Below are positions 58,805 through 64,000 of a stretch of 64,000 nucleotides of DNA, piece after piece (the first letter of the stretch is position 1; each line of letters opens with the position of its first letter). The notes below the pieces were generated by a model. It made no database searches, was not told where the DNA came from, and saw only the letters and a program-made list of their open reading frames with translations. Made by a program: the position numbers and the translations under genes. The stretch comes from Candidatus Bathyarchaeota archaeon (GTDB lineage: Archaea > Thermoproteota > Bathyarchaeia > Bathyarchaeales > Bathycorpusculaceae). The DNA lies in NCBI GenBank assembly GCA_963715865.1, contig OY970280.1:64001-128000 (forward strand), read 5' to 3'.

Positions 58805-59098
58805 TTAGCCACCGCCTACTGGTGGCAAAATAGCCAACACATCGCCGTCCTTAAGCTCTGTTTCTAACCCGTTTAGTGTTGATGTGCTGGTTCCGTTGAC
58901 GAGGAATTGGAGGAAATTTTTGGGTTGTTCTGTTTTGCCGTTGTAGACATATTCCGTGAAGGGTTCTCCGTATTTTTGAGCCAGCGTTTTAAGAACCAAG
59001 TCAACAGTAACCTTCTCACCCTCGGAGAACGTTAGGGTTTCTTCTCTTTTATTTACGATTTCTCTAAGATTGGTGAAGAAGCGAACTTTAACTTCCAC
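58805..59098 (-). CDS. MoaD/ThiS/SAMP ubiquitin-like protein
   Basis: V.V.FF..LRE, LVNG, L.DGD..AILPPVGGG. Confidence 0.9.
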   Translation of the reverse strand: MEVKVRFFTNLREIVNKREETLTFSEGEKVTVDLVLKTLAQKYGEPFTEYVYNGKTEQPKNFLQFLVNGTSTSTLNGLETELKDGDVLAILPPVGGG

Positions 59099-59227
59099 CG
59101 TTGTTGCACCGTCAGGTTATGTATAGCAAAAATGTAGAAATTAACCATTATGGATAATTAACATCGCACGATGCAATAGTCTAGTAAAAAGCGGTCGTAG
59201 TCTAGTTTTGGTTTATGCTACCGTTGA

Positions 59228-60139
59228 CGATATCTCCACTAACACATTTCTTCGCGGCTTCTTTCTCCTTTTTTACCATTTGAAAATAGCATCTTGGGTT
59301 TTTTGGCAAAAAAATTAAATGCAAATAACAACAAACGGCTACCAATGGTGGCAAAAAAATGGTTGAAGTCTTTGACCCGCGGTTTAAGCAAGGGTCTGGT
59401 ATATTAATGTTAAAAATCCCTATTCTTGAACTGGAAACTTATGGATTGCCATGGAAAACCTTCGAGGGCGCTGTAATTGACCTAGAAACGAACGAACAGC
59501 CATTCTTAGACAACCTTAAAGGCGCTAACAGGTTTAAAAATCATACAGTAACCTGCTGTGGTTTTCTTGATAGAAATGCTATCGAAATTATTGCCAGGAC
59601 CGATGAATTATCAGATGAAAGTTTCGTCAAAGCAGTTAATGAGCGATTGAACGCAACCACCAGACCCTATCATGCATTCAATGCTGGATGCGACATGGCG
59701 CTCATTAGCAAGCTACTTAAAAGGCCCATTCCGTTTGATCAAGAATTGCAAAGGTTTGAGAGACAAAATAAAGAATACTACAGGCAAGACCTCGGGCTTC
59801 CAAATTTCGGTGACCCTTATCGAGGCCAAGGATATATAGCTGCTAAGGAATGGACACGTTATTTGGAAACTAGAGACATAGAGTGTATAAAAAAAATAAT
59901 GGCTCATAACTTTGCTTGCCTATGCACGGAATACGGTTTCCTGATAAAAAAGGGCTGTAGAGCGATTGACCCTCGGTCTCATGTACCTTTTTTCGACGGT
60001 AGAAGCGACCTAACATGCAACCAATAAGAAGACTTTCACTCTAAACATTAAAGAAATGGAAGCTTTCTTTTCCAACCCTTTGACAGGAATATTTGCATAT
60101 AGTGGGTGGGACTTGAACCCACGAATAGTGGAGATATCG
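59228..60139. repeat. 14-bp perfect inverted repeat CGATATCTCCACTA (59228-59241 / 60126-60139)
   Basis: Read directly; both copies are intergenic and flank one ORF. Confidence 0.8.
59359..60027 (+). CDS. RNase H-like (YprB/DEDD-type) exonuclease-like protein
   Basis: IDLET, FN..CD, HN..C...E motifs. Confidence 0.6.
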   Translation: MVEVFDPRFKQGSGILMLKIPILELETYGLPWKTFEGAVIDLETNEQPFLDNLKGANRFKNHTVTCCGFLDRNAIEIIARTDELSDESFVKAVNERLNATTRPYHAFNAGCDMALISKLLKRPIPFDQELQRFERQNKEYYRQDLGLPNFGDPYRGQGYIAAKEWTRYLETRDIECIKKIMAHNFACLCTEYGFLIKKGCRAIDPRSHVPFFDGRSDLTCNQ

Positions 60140-60636
60140 CCCGCAAATTCTCTTTTTTTCTGCCCTTTTTTAAAACAGAAATTCGCATAAAAGGAAGTCA
60201 TTAATGAGACCGAGGTCATAAACAATTTTTTGGAACTCGCTTGACGGAGTGTTAAGAATTTGATCAATTTTTTGATTTAACTGTTGCCCAATCGTCGGGT
60301 GCGTTTTTTGTAAGTAAGCGCTTAGGCAAAGTGCGGTGAGAGGTTTAATCCTTTATCCCAAACCCAAAATTTTATGTTTATACGAACACTACAAAAAGTT
60401 TTGGAGTCAGGTTAGAAATGCATTTTTTGCTTGCGTTTATAAGCGTGAGGCTTCTTCATGTAGCTGAAGAGTTTCTTTTGTTCTCTGGCTAACCCTGTTG
60501 AGTCACTGACTCTTTTCGAATACAACACCAAGAGGTAAAAAACAAATGTACATTAAGAGCGGAGCATCGGCTCAGAAAGAAAATAAGCGAGAACGTTCTC
60601 GCAAAGAACAAGTAGCGAAAACGAGGGATTCAATTT

Positions 60637-60843
60637 ATGGTTAATGTCGGTGACCAGATAAAATGTCCTGAATGTGAAACCATAGGATGTGTGGTTTGGG
60701 TCTCACAAGACAAGAAGACAATGGGTGTGCAGTGCCATAGGAGCCACCGAGAAGCGAGCAGACCAGAATCCAAATTCGGCGCGACAGTGGTTCCCTCGAC
60801 CAAGAATAGGAAAAACGTCGTTTTCCTAACAGCAGTAAGATGA
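60637..60843 (+). CDS. Small zinc-ribbon-like protein
   Basis: CPEC...C..SH. Confidence 0.6.
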   Translation: MVNVGDQIKCPECETIGCVVWVSQDKKTMGVQCHRSHREASRPESKFGATVVPSTKNRKNVVFLTAVR

Positions 60844-61059
60844 TAATGGCGACATAGACAACTTTTCCAACTCCTTTTTTGGGTTTAGAATCTGCCTGAG
60901 CGGGTGTGATGTACTTGGTAAATAAAAAAGCATTCAACGAAAAAAGCAACCTTGCGAGATACTGCTATAATGTACCTGGTAATGGCAAAGAAGCAAATAC
61001 TTAATTCTTTGATGTGTTCCATTATTATAAATTCATATTTTGAAAGGTGAGGTGTTAAG

Positions 61060-61185
61060 ATGCTATCTCGTGATTGTGACGGATGCGAAAGACAGCTTTT
61101 TGAGTGTAAACGTCGTTTTGCCCAGGTTTCCTTAGGCGAGAAAGTTTTTTGTCCAGACGGCACAGCTCATCTAGTCGACAGCTAA
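61060..61185 (+). CDS. 41-aa Cys/His microprotein
   Basis: Not in track. MLSRDCDGCERQLFECKRRFAQVSLGEKVFCPDGTAHLVDS; SD AGGTGAGGTG. Confidence 0.6.
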   Translation: MLSRDCDGCERQLFECKRRFAQVSLGEKVFCPDGTAHLVDS

Positions 61186-61424
61186 TAGTTAAAGTCAACA
61201 AGTAAAGCCATTACGACGACGAAATTAGTATTTTGGAAGGTTTTACTAAAACTAAGTTGTACTGCAAAGTTGTCTAACTATAATTTGAACTTCTAAAATT
61301 TTCGTTGTTTGGGTTTGGGGTATAATCCTTTATACAAGGAGCTATCGATTTTTTTTTCGAACATTTAAGTGTATGGTTTTGTGTTCCGAAACCTAAAATA
61401 AGCGCGTAACAAAATTATAGCCAC

Positions 61425-62693
61425 TTGAGGTTTAAAAGCGTGTCATCAATCATTGAAGACCTCATTGCCAGAAAAATCTTCAACAACCGAGGAGAAGAAA
61501 CAATAGAGGTTGACGTAATCACCAGTGGTGGTTTCGGAAGAGCATCCGCGCCCGCAGGAAAAAGCCGCGGAAAAGCTGAAGTGGTTTATTACCCGCAAGG
61601 CGGAGTTGAGCAAGCCGTAAAGAAAGTTGATGATTTAATAGCTCCTGAACTTGCAGGATTAAATTCTGATTTTCAAGAAGAAATTGACAGCACGCTGCAC
61701 GAAATCGACGGCAGCACAGACTTCAAAAACATCGGCGGAAACACCGCGTTCGCCATCTCTATAGCAAATGCCGAAGCAGCGGCAAACTCTCATGGTTTAC
61801 TTTTATTCCAGTTTCTCGGCGGAAACGCCGCAAACACCCTGCCTTTTCCGCTTGGCAACTGCATAAGCGGTGGACAACACGCAAGGGGCAAAGCGCCTGA
61901 CATTCAAGAATACCTAGCGTTGCCGCATGGTGCTGAAACTTTTCTTGAAGCTCAAACAGCCAACACTCAAATCCACAAGAAAATTGGCGACGCTTTGAAA
62001 AAGAAAAACAGCCAATTTAATGGCGGAAAAAGCGACGAGGGCGCATGGATAGCCAACATAGACACCGTTGACGCGTTCGAAGTCATTGCTAAAGCATGCG
62101 AAGAGGTTGGTAACGAATTGGATTTTGAATGCGGCTTCGGCATTGATGTTGCTGCTTCCTCGCTTTGGAAGCTGAAAGATGAAAAATACGTTTACGGTAA
62201 TGAAGATAAAAAACGCGACACAGCCGAACAACTCGAGTTCATGCTAGAATTAATTGAGAAATATCACCTTGCTTACGTGGAAGACCCGTTCCATGAGGAA
62301 GACTTTGACAGCTTCGCTGAGTTAACTCGCAAAGCTAAAAACTGTTTAATCTGCGGCGATGATTTGTTCACAACTAATACTGAAAGGTTAAATAATGGAA
62401 TAAAGATTAACGCTGGAAACGCCATAATAATAAAAGTCAACCAGATAGGCACATTAACCGATGCAGTTCAAACAATTGAAACTGCACAGCGACACGGTTA
62501 CGACCCAGTCGTGTCACATCGTTCAGGAGACACATGCGACTGGCACATAGCTCATTTGGCTGTGGCTTACAAGTGCCCCCTAATCAAAACAGGCGTAGTT
62601 GAAGGCGCACGCATAGCCAAACTCAACGAGCTAATAAGAATCGAGCATTTCCTTGGGAATAGAGCCAAAATGGCTGATTTAAAAATGCGCTAA
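61425..62693 (+). CDS. eno: Enolase
   Basis: GG.HA, DEG, EDPF.E.D, GDDLF.TN, K.NQIGTL, SHRSG, IKTG, K.N.L.RIE. Confidence 0.95.
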   Translation: MRFKSVSSIIEDLIARKIFNNRGEETIEVDVITSGGFGRASAPAGKSRGKAEVVYYPQGGVEQAVKKVDDLIAPELAGLNSDFQEEIDSTLHEIDGSTDFKNIGGNTAFAISIANAEAAANSHGLLLFQFLGGNAANTLPFPLGNCISGGQHARGKAPDIQEYLALPHGAETFLEAQTANTQIHKKIGDALKKKNSQFNGGKSDEGAWIANIDTVDAFEVIAKACEEVGNELDFECGFGIDVAASSLWKLKDEKYVYGNEDKKRDTAEQLEFMLELIEKYHLAYVEDPFHEEDFDSFAELTRKAKNCLICGDDLFTTNTERLNNGIKINAGNAIIIKVNQIGTLTDAVQTIETAQRHGYDPVVSHRSGDTCDWHIAHLAVAYKCPLIKTGVVEGARIAKLNELIRIEHFLGNRAKMADLKMR

Positions 62694-62709
62694 TAAAGAA
62701 GATGAAAAA

Positions 62710-63417
62710 ATGTCAGAAGACGAAATAAAAGAGAATCAACCAGTAGAAAACCAAGAGGAACCCATAGTAGATGAAAAGTCTCAGGAAACCCCACCTGCAG
62801 AGCAACTCCTCTTACCAAGAGACACCCTGCTTTCCGCAGGCATACACATCGGAACAAGAATGAAAACCCTAGACATGGAACCCTTCATCTACCGGGTAAG
62901 ACCAGACGGATTATTCGTTTTGGACGTTAAAAAAACAGACGACCGAATAAGAGTCACTGCGAAATTCCTCTCACGCTACGAGCACGCAAAAGTAGCAGTG
63001 GCAGCAACAAGACTGTATGCTCAAGAACCAGTCAAAAAATTCTGCGAATTAACAGGTGCAACGCCACTAATTGGCCGCTTCATACCTGGGCAACTATCTA
63101 ATCCGCAATATCCGGGCCGAATTGACCCTGAAGTCATAGTTGTTTCCGACCCAAGAGCAGACGCACAAGCAGTAAAAGAAGCCTCAAAAGTTGGAATTCC
63201 AATCATCGCGTTATGCAGCACAGACAACGAGTTCGCAGGCGTAGACTTGGTTATTCCCACAAACAACAAGGGCAGAAGAGCATTAGCGGTCATTTTCTGG
63301 CTACTGGCAAGACAGGTATTGCGAGAGAGAGGCGAATTAGCCGCAGACAAAGACCCATCAGTAACCATAGAAGATTTTGAAGCGAAGGTTACAAGGGAAG
63401 AGGAGGAGGAACCCTAA
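62710..63417 (+). CDS. rps2: Ribosomal protein uS2
   Basis: AG.HIGT, RPDGL.VLD, GRF.PG, DP..D.QA..EA, PTNNKGR. Confidence 0.97.
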   Translation: MSEDEIKENQPVENQEEPIVDEKSQETPPAEQLLLPRDTLLSAGIHIGTRMKTLDMEPFIYRVRPDGLFVLDVKKTDDRIRVTAKFLSRYEHAKVAVAATRLYAQEPVKKFCELTGATPLIGRFIPGQLSNPQYPGRIDPEVIVVSDPRADAQAVKEASKVGIPIIALCSTDNEFAGVDLVIPTNNKGRRALAVIFWLLARQVLRERGELAADKDPSVTIEDFEAKVTREEEEEP

Positions 63418-63421
63418 ACCC

Positions 63422-64000
63422 TTGCCGACGATTCGGCGTCCAACCGTAGCAGGCCAATTTTATGAAGGCGACGCCGAAGCGCTTAGAGCACAAATTAAAA
63501 CTTGTTTTCTCCACGAACTCGGTCCAAAAAAACTTCCAACCGTAAACTTGCGCAGTCACCCGAGAAACATAGTTGGCATGGTTTGTCCTCACGCTGGCTA
63601 CATGTACTCTGGTCCTGTGGCAGCATCTGCTTTTTACGAGTTAGCCTTGGACGGCAAACCTGACACAGTAGTGCTTATGGGTCCAAATCATACCGGTTAC
63701 GGTAGCGCTCTGAGCCTAATGCATGAAGGCGTTTGGCGTACACCGCTTGGCGACATTGACGTAGATACAAAAATGGCAAACGAGATAGCCCATGAAACTA
63801 GCATCATTGATGTGGACGAGCTTGCGCACCGTTACGAACACTCTATCGAGGTTCAATTGCCCTTTTTGCAGTTTCTTTACGGCAACTCGTTCAAGATTGT
63901 GCCAATCTGCTTCCTGCTGCAAGATTATGATTCCGCAGTTGAAGTTGGAAGGGCACTTGTTGAAGTTTTAGACGCCACAAACGCAGTAGTTATTGCTTCT
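63422..64000 (+). CDS. AmmeMemoRadiSam protein B / MEMO1 family; 3' end runs off the window
   Basis: Not in track. TTG 63422: MPTIRRPTVAGQFY...PHAGYMYSG...GPNHTG...EHSIEVQLPFLQ. Confidence 0.92.
   Translation, partial: MPTIRRPTVAGQFYEGDAEALRAQIKTCFLHELGPKKLPTVNLRSHPRNIVGMVCPHAGYMYSGPVAASAFYELALDGKPDTVVLMGPNHTGYGSALSLMHEGVWRTPLGDIDVDTKMANEIAHETSIIDVDELAHRYEHSIEVQLPFLQFLYGNSFKIVPICFLLQDYDSAVEVGRALVEVLDATNAVVIAS

Noticed and set aside
59228-60139. Split (trans-spliced) tRNA halves guided by the 14-bp complementary sequences
   Set aside because: No tRNA 5' half adjoins the other repeat, and the fragment lacks an acceptor stem.

Overview
Archaeal chromosome segment. Gene content and style (frequent TTG/GTG starts, exosome-proteasome superoperon, Top6AB, AglB, CarS, roadblock proteins, three-gene glutamate synthase) point to the TACK group, probably Bathyarchaeia; this is an inference, not a database result. 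Housekeeping blocks are: N-glycosylation/lipid/repair genes (1-12.1 kb), the psmA-SBDS-exosome-L37Ae-Pcc1 operon, the S13-S4-S11-RpoD-L18e-L13-S9-RpoN operon, a split glutamate synthase operon, thermosome, thiL/trmY, ABCE1, top6BA, aIF5B, enolase, S2 and a MEMO1-like gene. Accessory DNA is interleaved with these. The standout is a ~4.1 kb locus (32.3-36.4 kb) beside tRNA-Thr(CGT): eight co-oriented, mostly overlapping small genes, each an N-terminal amphipathic helix plus (winged) helix-turn-helix, three of them clear paralogues. They end in a restriction-endonuclease-like gene, and a ninth HTH paralogue lies on the opposite strand. I cannot assign this to any named system; it is a candidate new defence or DNA-binding complex. 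Other notable items: a DUF5343 + REase-like + HNH mini-island, a 22-aa acidic/Trp microprotein with a strong SD upstream of ABCE1, an OSTC/DC2-like protein near aglB, a probable CTG start for uS11, a Zn-finger-like insertion in Top6B, a 5' frameshift in radB, a TnpB remnant and six toxin-antitoxin loci or relics. No CRISPR array, rRNA or intact integrase/transposase was seen. All family assignments are by-eye motif recognition without database searches.
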